A DNA stretch of 43,539 bases, from the NCBI GenBank assembly GCA_023819315.1, contig JAMWBQ010000002.1, forward strand, positions 1 to 43,539, given 5' to 3'. The position numbers were made by a program, and so were the translations under genes. The notes beneath the pieces were generated by a model. It saw only the letters and a list, made by a program, of their open reading frames with translations, was not told the DNA's origin and did no database searches. Every line of letters begins with the position of its first letter. Position 1 is the stretch's first letter. Below, one piece after another: positions 21,166 to 31,215 of the stretch. The stretch is from Candidatus Omnitrophota bacterium. GTDB taxonomy: Bacteria > Omnitrophota > Gorgyraeia > Duberdicusellales > 4484-171.

Positions 21166-24100
21166 ATGTCTACGATTAAACACAAGCTATCGTTTCCTGA
21201 GGTAGTGATGGTAGAATCCTCTGCAGGGGGTGGTAAGACTTATGCTCTTGCTAAGAGGTATTTAACACTCCTCATTAACCCCTATTTGTCTGCTGATGAA
21301 GTTCCTTTAAAAAATATACTTGCCATTACTTTTACTAATAAAGCAACGGTGGAGATGAAAGGGAGAATTTTAGATTTATTAAAAAAGATAGCTTTAGATG
21401 CTTTTAGTAGTATTGATGAAGAGAAAGATATCTTAGATAATTTAGGAGTAGATAAAGATTTTGCGATGAAAAAAGCGCATAAAGTTTTACACGAGATAGT
21501 TAGGCATTATAATTTCTTTTCTATACAGACCATAGATAGTTTTGTAAATTCTTTACTTTCCGGTTGTGCTTTGCATATTGAACGTTCGGCAAATTTTACT
21601 GTAAAAAAGGATTATACTGAGCTCATTTCTTATTGTCTTGATTTAGCTATTGAAGAGGCTTTTTATAAGGAAGAATTATATAAAATTTTGGAAGAATTTC
21701 TACGGCACTACCTATTTGTAGAGAATAAAAGTGGGTGGTTTCCTAAAGAAGATATAAAGAGATTAATGCAATTTTTATTTTCCTTAAGTAATAGGTATGG
21801 TAAACTTTTCAAGACCTACGAAGGAAATAGTAACGAGATCGTTAAAAAGAAGAAAGTGATTTTAAATAGTATGAAGAGACTTTCTCTTTGTTTACCTTCT
21901 GGCTTAAATGGGCAAATTAAGAGAAGCATCTTTAGTTTCCTTCAAAAGAATAAAGATTTATTCGAAATAAGCGAACTCCCCAAGGCATTCGTTCAATTAG
22001 TCCCACCTATGAATAAAAATTTCTTATCCGATAGTAAATTTGAGAAGAAATGGCGTAGATTATCAAGTATGATAAGAGAATTGGTAGAACTTGATTCTTT
22101 GCTCGCTTATAATCCTTACATTAAGCTTTTTCATAGGATTGTTGAACTTTTTAAAGTAGTAGCCGTTAAGGAAGATGTCATTTTTTTAGAGGAGTTGAAT
22201 AGCAAAACATATCAGCTTTTAGAGGGCAAAGAAATTTCTCTTCCAGAGTTGTATTATCGTTTAGCTGTGCGGTTTAATCATTATTTGATAGATGAATTTC
22301 AAGATACGAGTTTATTGCAATGGAAAAATTTGGAGGCAATGATCGAGGATGCTTTATCGAGGGGAGGCAGTTTGTTTTATGTAGGAGATAAGAAACAAGC
22401 GATATATCGTTTTCGTGGGGGGGAGAGTAATCTTTTTGATGAAGTGAGAAATAGATTTATTCAATTCAACGTAAGAGAAGAACGTTTAACAAAAAACTGG
22501 CGTAGTCAAAAAGAGATAGTGGAGTTTAACAATCTTATATTTTCTCCCGATAACATAGCGGATTTTCTTAAAGTGTCCGGTATAAGTGAAGAGTTAAATA
22601 ACCAGGAGGAAATTATAAAAGAGATAATAGAGAATTTTAAAGATTCCTTCCAGAATTACGATGAAAAAAATAAGTTTGGATATGTAGAAGTGGAAAGATT
22701 AAATGAGGAAGATCGAGAGGAACGTAATGAGTTGATAAGAGATAAAATCGTAAGTTTAATTAGAGATTTAAGAGAAAGATTTAAATATAAAGACATAGCA
22801 GTACTTACGCGAGATAACGATGAAGTTCAATTGATTACCTCTTGGCTTATGGAGGAAAATATCCCTGTGGAGTCGGAGAAAACACTTAATGTAATTGAAC
22901 AACCTCTTATAAAAGAGTTAATTTCATTATTAAAGTTTCTATATTCACCTATAGATGATTTGAGTTTTGCCGGCTTTATCTTAGGGGATATATTTAGGGA
23001 ATTAACTTCTTTATCTTATCAAGAATTAGCTGAATTTATTTTTTCTTCTTATAGAAAACAAAAAATAAATAGCCAATTACCTTTATATCGGTTATTTAGG
23101 GATAAGTATCCTCAACATTGGGATAATTACATTGAATATTTTTTTAAAATAGTAGGGTTTATTCCTCTTTACGATTTAATCGTGCGAATATATCAAAAAT
23201 ATTCATTTTACGATAGGTTTAAAGGTTACGAAGTTTTTTTCTTAAAATTTCTTGAAGTGATAAAGAGTAAAGAGGAGGAGTATAGAGATATAGGTGAATT
23301 TATTGATTATTTAAAGATAGCTCCTAAAGAGGATCTCTACGTTAACCTCGTAGGTAGAGATTCTGTAAAAGTTTTAACCATACATAAATCTAAAGGTTTA
23401 GAATTCGATGTGGTAATTATCCCGTTTTTACGCATAGATATTACTCCCCAGATAGTAAAGGGTTTACATTCCTATATAGACACTACTTCCCTTGAGAATG
23501 TAGGACTTATAAAGATAACTAAAATGCATAGGGAGTACTCTTTTAATTTGAATAAGGTATATATAAATAACTATAAGAATGCTTGTATAGATGAGTTAAA
23601 TACTCTTTATGTAGCTTTTACGCGCCCACGTTATGAACTATACATTTTTATACCTAAGAAGAGTTCGGGTAATTTCAATAAAGCTAACTATCTGATTCCT
23701 GATTTATTTGCCAAATCAGGCAGAAAAATAGTTTACGATAAAGGAGAAGAAAAAACTAAACAAATTCTGATTAAACCACAGAATTTACAACATAAAGATT
23801 GGTGGGAAAAAGTTAGGGAGGAATTTATAGATATTGATTATTTTAAAGATAGGGAGAGGATTTTAAAAGGTGAGATGTTACATTATGCACTTTCTTTTAT
23901 CGATAACCTTAACAAAGAAGATAAAAGTATTCTTATAAAGATGACAATTGGTTCTCTAAGAGCTAAATATCCTTTTGTGTCTGATTTACAAGAGTATGAA
24001 AATATTCTTAATAATATTTTGAATAGCGAGATATTGAAACCGTTTTTTTACATACCTGATGGCAGAGTCTATAAAGAAAAAGAGATAGTTAATCGTTTTG

Positions 24101-24303
24101 GGGAAACCAAGCGCATTGACCGTATGATTATTCGTGGTAAACAAATTTGGATTATCGATTATAAGAGTTCGCAAGAAAATTTGGAAGAACATAAAAAACA
24201 GGTAAAAGAGTATATAGATATAGTAAAAGATATATACCCTAATTATGATGTAAAAGGATTTATTGTCTACCTTGATGAGATAAAAGTTGTAACTATAGAT
24301 TGA
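21166..24303 (+). CDS. addA: AddA/RecB-like UvrD helicase with C-terminal PD-(D/E)XK nuclease
   Basis: SSAGGGKT, AITFTNKA, TIDSF, LIDEFQDTS, VGDKKQAIYRFRG, NWRS, TIHKSKGLEF, LYVAFTRP; C-terminal RIDR...IIDYKS...QVKEY. Confidence 0.85.
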   Translation: MSTIKHKLSFPEVVMVESSAGGGKTYALAKRYLTLLINPYLSADEVPLKNILAITFTNKATVEMKGRILDLLKKIALDAFSSIDEEKDILDNLGVDKDFAMKKAHKVLHEIVRHYNFFSIQTIDSFVNSLLSGCALHIERSANFTVKKDYTELISYCLDLAIEEAFYKEELYKILEEFLRHYLFVENKSGWFPKEDIKRLMQFLFSLSNRYGKLFKTYEGNSNEIVKKKKVILNSMKRLSLCLPSGLNGQIKRSIFSFLQKNKDLFEISELPKAFVQLVPPMNKNFLSDSKFEKKWRRLSSMIRELVELDSLLAYNPYIKLFHRIVELFKVVAVKEDVIFLEELNSKTYQLLEGKEISLPELYYRLAVRFNHYLIDEFQDTSLLQWKNLEAMIEDALSRGGSLFYVGDKKQAIYRFRGGESNLFDEVRNRFIQFNVREERLTKNWRSQKEIVEFNNLIFSPDNIADFLKVSGISEELNNQEEIIKEIIENFKDSFQNYDEKNKFGYVEVERLNEEDREERNELIRDKIVSLIRDLRERFKYKDIAVLTRDNDEVQLITSWLMEENIPVESEKTLNVIEQPLIKELISLLKFLYSPIDDLSFAGFILGDIFRELTSLSYQELAEFIFSSYRKQKINSQLPLYRLFRDKYPQHWDNYIEYFFKIVGFIPLYDLIVRIYQKYSFYDRFKGYEVFFLKFLEVIKSKEEEYRDIGEFIDYLKIAPKEDLYVNLVGRDSVKVLTIHKSKGLEFDVVIIPFLRIDITPQIVKGLHSYIDTTSLENVGLIKITKMHREYSFNLNKVYINNYKNACIDELNTLYVAFTRPRYELYIFIPKKSSGNFNKANYLIPDLFAKSGRKIVYDKGEEKTKQILIKPQNLQHKDWWEKVREEFIDIDYFKDRERILKGEMLHYALSFIDNLNKEDKSILIKMTIGSLRAKYPFVSDLQEYENILNNILNSEILKPFFYIPDGRVYKEKEIVNRFGETKRIDRMIIRGKQIWIIDYKSSQENLEEHKKQVKEYIDIVKDIYPNYDVKGFIVYLDEIKVVTID

Positions 24304-24320
24304 TTTATAATAGATACTCT

Positions 24321-27152
24321 ATGGATAGGATTATAATTTACGATTTAAACGAAGATTTTATAGAGAGAATAACAGAATTTTTATGCAGTAATTTTGTTAA
24401 GGATGGTAACGATTTGAGTAGGATAGCTTGCGTATTTGGAGGAAAACGGCCAGGATTATTCCTTAAGCGAGCTATTTCTAAGAAATTAAAGAGAAGTTTT
24501 TTACCACCCAAAATATTTTCTATAGATGAATTTGTAGATTATACGGTAAGTAAAGATAAAGTTGTTTCAAGAATATCAGAATTAGAATCAGCATTTATTA
24601 TCTACAAACTCGTAAAAGAACATTTCCCTAATCTTTTGATTGGTAAGGATAAATTCAGCGATTTTTTGCCCTGGGCGAGGGAGATAGTTTCTTTTATCGA
24701 GCAGTTAGATTTAGAGGATATCGATAACGAGAAGTTATATCATATTGAAAAAAACGCCGAGATAGGATACGATGTTCCCCCGCTCATTAATCAGTTACTA
24801 ACAGATATAAGCAGATTAAGACAACTCTACCATACAGAATTAGAGAAGAATAATATTTATTCACGAGGCAGACTTTATATGTTTGCTTTAAAAATTGTTA
24901 AGGAGGAAGAATGGGATGAGTTTGATGAAATAATATTTTGTAATTTCTTCTATCTTCACTCTACCCAACGCAAGATATTCTTGGATATTTATAATAAAGG
25001 TAAAGGTATATTTGTATTTCAAGGTTCGCCTGAGGAGTGGTCTGTGTTGAATGATTTTTTTAAAGATTTAGGAGATAAACCAAGAATAAAACCTACCCAG
25101 CCATATAAAGGTAAATTCCCCAATATATATTTCTATCAAGGGTTTGATATGCATTCACAGATTTGTGCAGTGCAAAGTATTCTTAGAGAAAGAATTAGTT
25201 CAAAAGATAGTACGGTTATAGTTGTGCCAAGAGCAGATATGGTTTCTCCTCTTTTAGGATTGATTTCTTCTCTAATCGATGATTTTAACGTTTCTTTAGG
25301 ATACCCTTTAAAAAATACTTCTCTTTATGTCCTATTTAATTTTCTTCATAAAGCGGAGGAAGGTAAGAAGGATAATCGTTACTATACCAAAGATTACTTG
25401 AATATTTTAAAGCATCCTTTGGTAAAAAATCTTAAAATAATTGCTGATTCTTCGCTAACCCGCGTTTTAGTCCATAAGATAGAGGAACTATTGCAGGGAA
25501 AGATAGAGAGTTCTTTGGGAGGGAGTATTTTCTTAAGTTTGGGAGAGATAGAAAGAGAAGAACAGGTGTATTCTCTTACCTTGGAAACACTTGCCAATAT
25601 GGATATAAATATAAGTAGAGATGATTGCAAAAATGTATTGAGGGAAATACACTTTTTATTTTTTAAATCTTGGGATGGTGTTAGAACTTTTAGTAGTTTT
25701 TCTTTGGTTTTAGATAATTTACTTAAAGTTTTGTTAGAAAAAAGTATGTTTGCACAGTTCCCTATTAATTTAAAAGTATTGGAAAGAATCTATTTTATCA
25801 CAGAGGAGTTTAATAGTCTTTCCTTTAAAGATGAGGAATTTGAAATATTGCAGTTATGGGAAATTTTTCATCAGAGGATAGAAGGGGAAGTAATTCCTTT
25901 TGTTGGTTCACCGTTAAAAGGAGTGCAGATTTTAGGTATATTGGAGACGAGGTCTCTTAACTTTGATAACGTAATTATAATGGACATGAACGAGTCAGTT
26001 TTCCCTAAACTCAAAGTATACGAACCATTAGTTCCCCGAGAAGTAATGGTAAGTTTAGGGCTGAACCGTTTAGAAAAGGAAGAGGAGATTCAGCGTTACC
26101 ATTTTATGCGACTGGTTTCTTCAGCCAAGAATGTGTATCTCGTATACGAAGAGAATTCTCAGAAAGAAAAGAGTAGGTTTATTGAACAGATTCTTTGGGA
26201 AAAGCAAAGAGAGATGAGAAAATTAGATATCGTGGATATAGGGGAAATTTATTTTCCTGTGCAGATAGTTAATCAAAGGTTAACTGTAGAGAAATCTCCC
26301 CAGATTGTGGATTTCTTAAAGGGCCATATTTATTCTTCCACTGCCCTCAACACTTACCTAAGGTGTCCATTAAGATTTTATTACGAATACATTTTAGGTT
26401 TAGAAAAAAAAGAGGAATTATTAGATGAACCGGAAGCTTCTCATATAGGACTATTTATACACGAGTTGTTAGAGGAGGAATTTTTACATTTCAAGGGTAG
26501 GAAACCTTTGATAGATAATAAATTCCGCAAAAATTTTTTTAAAAGGATGGAGGAGAAGTTTAATAACGAATTAGCACGTAGGATGAAATCTGATGCTTAC
26601 CTTTTAAAAGAAGTGATCGTTAACAGATTAAATAAATTTTTGGATAACGAAGTTATACGGGATGTTCACAAAATTATCTGCTTAGAGGAGAAACGTTCAG
26701 GTTCAATATCATTTAACGGTAAAGAAATATTTTTTACTTATACTGTAGATAGAATAGATGAGTTTAGTGATGGTAGTATCGTTATTATAGATTACAAAAC
26801 AGGTAGTTCAGAATTGCTACCTAAGAGGTTAACTAATTTGGAAAGTATGAAACTGGATAGAGAATCTATTTACGAGAATATAAGGTCATTTCAACTGCCT
26901 ATTTACTATTATTTCGTATCACAGGAATTTTCTTCTTTTAACGTTAACGCTGAATTGTATAATTTGCGCACCTTGGAGAGGAAAGTATTTATTTCTAAAG
27001 AAGATTATCCTCACAGGGATAAAGTTATGAATATTTGTCTTAGAGCACTTGAGGCGATATTTTCTGAACTGTGGGATTTAAATGTGCCTTTTCAACCGGT
27101 GGAAGATAAACGTAGGTGTGATTCTTGCGATTTTACTTTATTATGTAGGTAA
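24321..27152 (+). CDS. addB: AddB-like inactive-helicase/PD-(D/E)XK nuclease with 4-Cys Fe-S staple
   Basis: VQILGILETRSLNF, KSRFIEQ, YLRCPLRFYY, VDRID...IIDYKTG, FQLPIY, C-terminal CDSCDFTLLC. Start at ATG 24321 or TTG 24300. Confidence 0.8.
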   Translation: MDRIIIYDLNEDFIERITEFLCSNFVKDGNDLSRIACVFGGKRPGLFLKRAISKKLKRSFLPPKIFSIDEFVDYTVSKDKVVSRISELESAFIIYKLVKEHFPNLLIGKDKFSDFLPWAREIVSFIEQLDLEDIDNEKLYHIEKNAEIGYDVPPLINQLLTDISRLRQLYHTELEKNNIYSRGRLYMFALKIVKEEEWDEFDEIIFCNFFYLHSTQRKIFLDIYNKGKGIFVFQGSPEEWSVLNDFFKDLGDKPRIKPTQPYKGKFPNIYFYQGFDMHSQICAVQSILRERISSKDSTVIVVPRADMVSPLLGLISSLIDDFNVSLGYPLKNTSLYVLFNFLHKAEEGKKDNRYYTKDYLNILKHPLVKNLKIIADSSLTRVLVHKIEELLQGKIESSLGGSIFLSLGEIEREEQVYSLTLETLANMDINISRDDCKNVLREIHFLFFKSWDGVRTFSSFSLVLDNLLKVLLEKSMFAQFPINLKVLERIYFITEEFNSLSFKDEEFEILQLWEIFHQRIEGEVIPFVGSPLKGVQILGILETRSLNFDNVIIMDMNESVFPKLKVYEPLVPREVMVSLGLNRLEKEEEIQRYHFMRLVSSAKNVYLVYEENSQKEKSRFIEQILWEKQREMRKLDIVDIGEIYFPVQIVNQRLTVEKSPQIVDFLKGHIYSSTALNTYLRCPLRFYYEYILGLEKKEELLDEPEASHIGLFIHELLEEEFLHFKGRKPLIDNKFRKNFFKRMEEKFNNELARRMKSDAYLLKEVIVNRLNKFLDNEVIRDVHKIICLEEKRSGSISFNGKEIFFTYTVDRIDEFSDGSIVIIDYKTGSSELLPKRLTNLESMKLDRESIYENIRSFQLPIYYYFVSQEFSSFNVNAELYNLRTLERKVFISKEDYPHRDKVMNICLRALEAIFSELWDLNVPFQPVEDKRRCDSCDFTLLCR

Positions 27153-27183
27153 ATTTATTATAGTTTATTTGATAAGGTAGTTA

Positions 27184-27192
27184 TGTTATAAT
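27184..27192 (+). promoter_or_regulatory. Extended -10 promoter for mgtA
   Basis: TGTTATAAT (perfect TGnTATAAT) in the 49-bp intergenic gap, ending 9 nt before ATG 27202. Confidence 0.5.
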
Positions 27193-27201
27193 TGGTTAGC
27201 G

Positions 27202-29763
27202 ATGGGTAAAGATAATATTAAAGCACAAAATTGGGATTTTGATTACATAAGTTGTCCTCCCGATGCTCTCTTTGCCAAGCTAAATACTTCTCTAAAAGGC
27301 TTAACTGAGAAAGAGGTAGATAAACGATTAGAAGAGTATGGTTATAATGAGCCTATTAAGAAGAAGCGTAGGACGGTTCTTTTACAATTCTTTTCTAAAT
27401 TCATTAATCCTTTAGTTATTGTCCTCTTGATAATAGCAGGGTTCTCCATATCTTTGGGAGAGAAGGTTAATGCTATTTTAGTAATTATAATGGCAGTTAT
27501 TAGTGTTTTCCTCTCTTTTATTCAAGAGTATCGTGCGGGAAGAGAGGTAGAAAAATTGAGCCAAATGGTGCGCACCACAGCTACGGTTTATCGTAATGGT
27601 AAGCCCAAGGAAGTAGATATTAGGTATATTGTGCCGGGAGATATAGTTGATTTATTTGCCGGGGATATGATTCCTGCTGACTTAAGAATCATCTCTTGTA
27701 AGGACCTCTTTATTAATCAATCAGCACTTACAGGAGAATCTTTCCCCATAGAAAAAACCGCTGAGCCAATTTCTTCTTCAAAGAAATCTATAGGAGAAAT
27801 CGGTAATATTGCCTTTATGGGTTCAAGTGTAGTAAGTGGGACAGGTTTAGGTGTAGTGGTAAAGACGGGTCCTTATACACAGTTTGGTGTTCTCTCAAAG
27901 AAACTTGCTGATCTCACTTTAGAGAGTAGTTTTGAGAAAGGCATTCATAGATTTACTTGGCTTATGATAAGACTTATGATTATTTTAGTTTTAGTAATCT
28001 TTGCCATAAATGCTTTTACTAAAGGTAACATCATTGAAGCATTTCTTTTTGCTATTTCCGTTGCTGTTGGTCTCACTCCTGAGATGTTACCAATGATTTT
28101 AGCAATTAATCTTTCTAAAGGAGCAATCTCTATGGCAAAAAAAGAGGTTATCGTTAAACGATTAAATGCTATCCAGAATTTTGGAGCAATGGATGTTTTA
28201 TGTACAGATAAAACTGGCACGTTAACTTTAGATAAGATTATATTAGAAAAATATTGCGATGTGGTACGAAAAGAAGATGAAGATGTATTGAGATTTGCTT
28301 ATATAAATAGTTTTTATCAGACTGGCTTGAAGAATATATTGGATAGAGCGGTTCTTAAATATAAGAAGTTGGTGGTAAAAGAGTATAGGAAGGTAGATGA
28401 GGTGCCTTTTGATTTTTCCCGTAAATTGATGTCCGTGGTAGTAGAAAACGAGGGTAAACATAGGATGATTGTTAAAGGAGCACCTGAAGAGATATATAAA
28501 CGTTGTGCCAAATTTGAGCTTGATGGTGAAATTTTTGAGTTAGATGAGAGTAAGATACTCCTTGTGGATTTAAAGAACGAATACGATTCTTTAAGTGCCG
28601 AGGGATTTCGTGTTTTAGCTATCGCTTATAAGGATTTCGAGCAACCAAAGGATAGATATACCAAGGAGGATGAGCAGGGTTTGATTTTGAAAGGTTATAT
28701 AGCTTTCTTAGATCCTCCCAAACCTTCTGCTAAAAAAACTATAGAAACCTTAAAGGGATTAGGTATAGATTTTAAAGTTTTGACAGGTGATAACGAATTA
28801 GTAACTAAGAAGATATGTAGTGAGGTAGGATTGGATATTAAAGGGTTTGCCAATGGTGAGCAGGTAGAGAAACTAAGCGATAAGGAATTACAGGAGTTAG
28901 TAAAAAGCGTTAATATTTTTGCTCGTTTATCCCCTTTCCAGAAAGAAAGGGTGATAAATGCTTTGCATAGGAATAATCATATCGTGGGTTATTTAGGCGA
29001 TGGCATAAACGATGCCTTAGCTCTTAAATCTGCCGATGTGGGTATTTCTGTAAATAATGCTGTAGATATTGCTAAAGAGTCTTCCGATATAATTCTTTTA
29101 AAAAAGAGCCTTCTTGTTATCGTTGATGGAGTTTTAGAAGGTAGAAAGACGTTCGGTAACATTCTCAAGTATATAAAAATGGGAGCAAGCTCAAATTTTG
29201 GTAATATGCTTAGCGTTACAGGAGCAAGTATATTTTTACCTTTCTTACCCATGTTACCTATACAGATACTATTGAATAATCTTTTATACGATATATCCCA
29301 GATAGCTATCCCTTCTGATGAGGTAGATAGGGAATATTTACTTAAGTCAAGGCCGTGGAATGTAAATTATATAAAGAAATTTATGTTGATATTTGGCCCG
29401 GTTAGTTCTTTTTTCGATTTTATAACTTTTGGTGTGCTTTTGGGATTATTTGGTTTTTCCCAGGAATTATTCCGCACAGGATGGTTTTTAGAATCTCTTT
29501 GCACACAAACTTTAGTTATTCACATAATCAGGACGGGTAAGATACCTTTTGTAGAAAGTAAACCCAGTCAGTTCTTGATCTTCACTTCTATATATATTGT
29601 TACTATAGGGTTGATATTGCCATTTTTACCTTTAGGAAAATATTTTCAATTTATCTCTCTCCCTTTGGTATATTTTATAGTTTTATTTTTTATTGTATTA
29701 GCCTATTTATTCTCCGTTCAGATCATAAAAAAATGGTTTATTAAAAAGTATGGGTACGAATAA
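27202..29763 (+). CDS. mgtA: Magnesium-translocating P-type ATPase
   Basis: TGES, AVGLTPEMLP, QNFGAMDVLCTDKTGT, KGAPE, TGDN, GDGINDA, ASSNFGN, TGWFLESL.TQTL. Confidence 0.93.
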   Translation: MGKDNIKAQNWDFDYISCPPDALFAKLNTSLKGLTEKEVDKRLEEYGYNEPIKKKRRTVLLQFFSKFINPLVIVLLIIAGFSISLGEKVNAILVIIMAVISVFLSFIQEYRAGREVEKLSQMVRTTATVYRNGKPKEVDIRYIVPGDIVDLFAGDMIPADLRIISCKDLFINQSALTGESFPIEKTAEPISSSKKSIGEIGNIAFMGSSVVSGTGLGVVVKTGPYTQFGVLSKKLADLTLESSFEKGIHRFTWLMIRLMIILVLVIFAINAFTKGNIIEAFLFAISVAVGLTPEMLPMILAINLSKGAISMAKKEVIVKRLNAIQNFGAMDVLCTDKTGTLTLDKIILEKYCDVVRKEDEDVLRFAYINSFYQTGLKNILDRAVLKYKKLVVKEYRKVDEVPFDFSRKLMSVVVENEGKHRMIVKGAPEEIYKRCAKFELDGEIFELDESKILLVDLKNEYDSLSAEGFRVLAIAYKDFEQPKDRYTKEDEQGLILKGYIAFLDPPKPSAKKTIETLKGLGIDFKVLTGDNELVTKKICSEVGLDIKGFANGEQVEKLSDKELQELVKSVNIFARLSPFQKERVINALHRNNHIVGYLGDGINDALALKSADVGISVNNAVDIAKESSDIILLKKSLLVIVDGVLEGRKTFGNILKYIKMGASSNFGNMLSVTGASIFLPFLPMLPIQILLNNLLYDISQIAIPSDEVDREYLLKSRPWNVNYIKKFMLIFGPVSSFFDFITFGVLLGLFGFSQELFRTGWFLESLCTQTLVIHIIRTGKIPFVESKPSQFLIFTSIYIVTIGLILPFLPLGKYFQFISLPLVYFIVLFFIVLAYLFSVQIIKKWFIKKYGYE

Positions 29764-29781
29764 TGTGGTAAGGAGTTGATT

Positions 29782-30906
29782 ATGTCTATACCTCTTACGG
29801 ACTTAAAGTTACAATATAGGAGTATAAAAGAAGAAATTGATTCTGCTATTAAAAATGTAGTGGCAGAAGGTGATTATATTTTAGGTAAAGAAGTTAGTAT
29901 TTTTGAAGAAGAGTTAGCGAAATATATAGGAGCAAAATTTGCTATTGGGGTAGCTTCAGGAACAGATGCTTTAGTTTTAGCCTTATCTGCTTGTGATATT
30001 AAAAGAGGGAATGAAGTTATTACTACTCCTTTTACTTTTATTGCTACTGCAGAAGCAATATGTAGGGTAGGGGCAAAACCTGTTTTTTGCGATATTGAGG
30101 AGGATACTTACAATATCGATCCTAAGAAGATTGAGTTAAAAATTACAAAGAATACTAAAGCGATTATTCCTGTTCATCTTTATGGTTTACCTTGCAATAT
30201 GGATGATATTTTAACCATTGCTAAAAGTTATAAATTAAAGATCATTGAGGATTGTGCTCAGGCATTTGGTGCAGAGTATAGACACAAGAAAGTTGGGGTA
30301 TGGGGTGATTGCGGTTGTTTTAGTTTTTTCCCTGCAAAAACTTTAGGTGCTTTTGGAGATGGAGGTATGGTAGTAACTAACTGTGAAGAAATTGCTCAAA
30401 AGATAAAGATGCTACGCAATCACGGTTCTACCAATAAGTATTACTATAGTTTACATGGTTTTAACAGTAGACTGGATACATTGCAAGCAGCAATTTTGCG
30501 AGTAAAATTAAGGCACATAGATAATTGGATAGAAAGAAGAAGAGAGAATGCTTTGTATTACAATAATCTTCTTACAGGAAAATCTATCCTAACTCCCCCT
30601 TACGATTTGTTTAACTCTAATACTTTGTATAAGCACACTTTTAACTATTATACCATTAGATTAGATAGTAAGCGTGATTTTATCCAACAGTATTTAAAGG
30701 ATAAAGGTATTTATTCGGCGGTTTATTACCCTTTGAGTTTACACTTACAGGATGTTTACAAAGATTTAGGGTATAGATGGGGTGATTTCCCTGTAGCTGA
30801 AGAGATGCAAAATAAAGTTTTATCTTTACCTATGTTTCCTGAATTAACTCATGCTCAGATAGAAAATATTGTAGAGGTAATAAAAGAAGCTTTAAGAGAT
30901 GATTAA
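29782..30906 (+). CDS. DegT/DnrJ/EryC1/StrS nucleotide-sugar aminotransferase (WbpE-like)
   Basis: SGTDAL, PFTFIATAE, IIPVHLYG, IEDCAQAFGA, FSFFPAKTLGAFGDGG, GFNSRLDTLQAA, LSLPMFP. ATG 29782 follows SD AGGAG. Confidence 0.92.
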   Translation: MSIPLTDLKLQYRSIKEEIDSAIKNVVAEGDYILGKEVSIFEEELAKYIGAKFAIGVASGTDALVLALSACDIKRGNEVITTPFTFIATAEAICRVGAKPVFCDIEEDTYNIDPKKIELKITKNTKAIIPVHLYGLPCNMDDILTIAKSYKLKIIEDCAQAFGAEYRHKKVGVWGDCGCFSFFPAKTLGAFGDGGMVVTNCEEIAQKIKMLRNHGSTNKYYYSLHGFNSRLDTLQAAILRVKLRHIDNWIERRRENALYYNNLLTGKSILTPPYDLFNSNTLYKHTFNYYTIRLDSKRDFIQQYLKDKGIYSAVYYPLSLHLQDVYKDLGYRWGDFPVAEEMQNKVLSLPMFPELTHAQIENIVEVIKEALRDD

Positions 30907-30914
30907 AGATATGA

Positions 30915-30942
30915 TTGCATATTTTTATGGTTAGTTTATAAT
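30915..30942 (+). promoter_or_regulatory. Sigma70-type promoter at the head of the pilus locus
   Basis: TTGCAT (30915-30920), 16-nt spacer, TATAAT (30937-30942). Confidence 0.55.
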
Positions 30943-30971
30943 AAATGTAGGATATAAAAAAAGGGGGGTAT

Positions 30972-31151
30972 ATGGTTATATTATTTATAGTGATAATGGT
31001 TTTAGGAGTTGCTGTGGTGGCTTTTTCTTTTCGTTCTACAGGAGGATTAGATAAAGATAAAGGGGAGTTTACCTTACCTCAAGATGATTCTAAGAACACG
31101 CAAGATGATTTTTCTTTAGAGGATAGACAAGCAAGAGAACAACAATTATAA
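30972..31151 (+). CDS. Small 59-aa single-pass membrane protein (not in ORF track)
   Basis: MVILFIVIMVLGVAVVAFSFRSTGGLDKDKGEFTLPQDDSKNTQDDFSLEDRQAREQQL*; purine-rich SD AAGGGGGG and promoter directly upstream; 20-aa hydrophobic N-terminus. Confidence 0.7.
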   Translation: MVILFIVIMVLGVAVVAFSFRSTGGLDKDKGEFTLPQDDSKNTQDDFSLEDRQAREQQL

Positions 31152-31215
31152 TATATTTATTTGGATTAGGATTAATTCTTTCTTTAGATTTATGTAAATA
31201 GATATTGGGGTAACT

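Noticed and set aside
24321-27152. Cas4 or anti-phage nuclease interpretation
   Set aside because: The four-Cys PD-(D/E)XK domain is at the end of a ~940-aa protein next to an AddA-like helicase; no cas1/cas2 or array is present.
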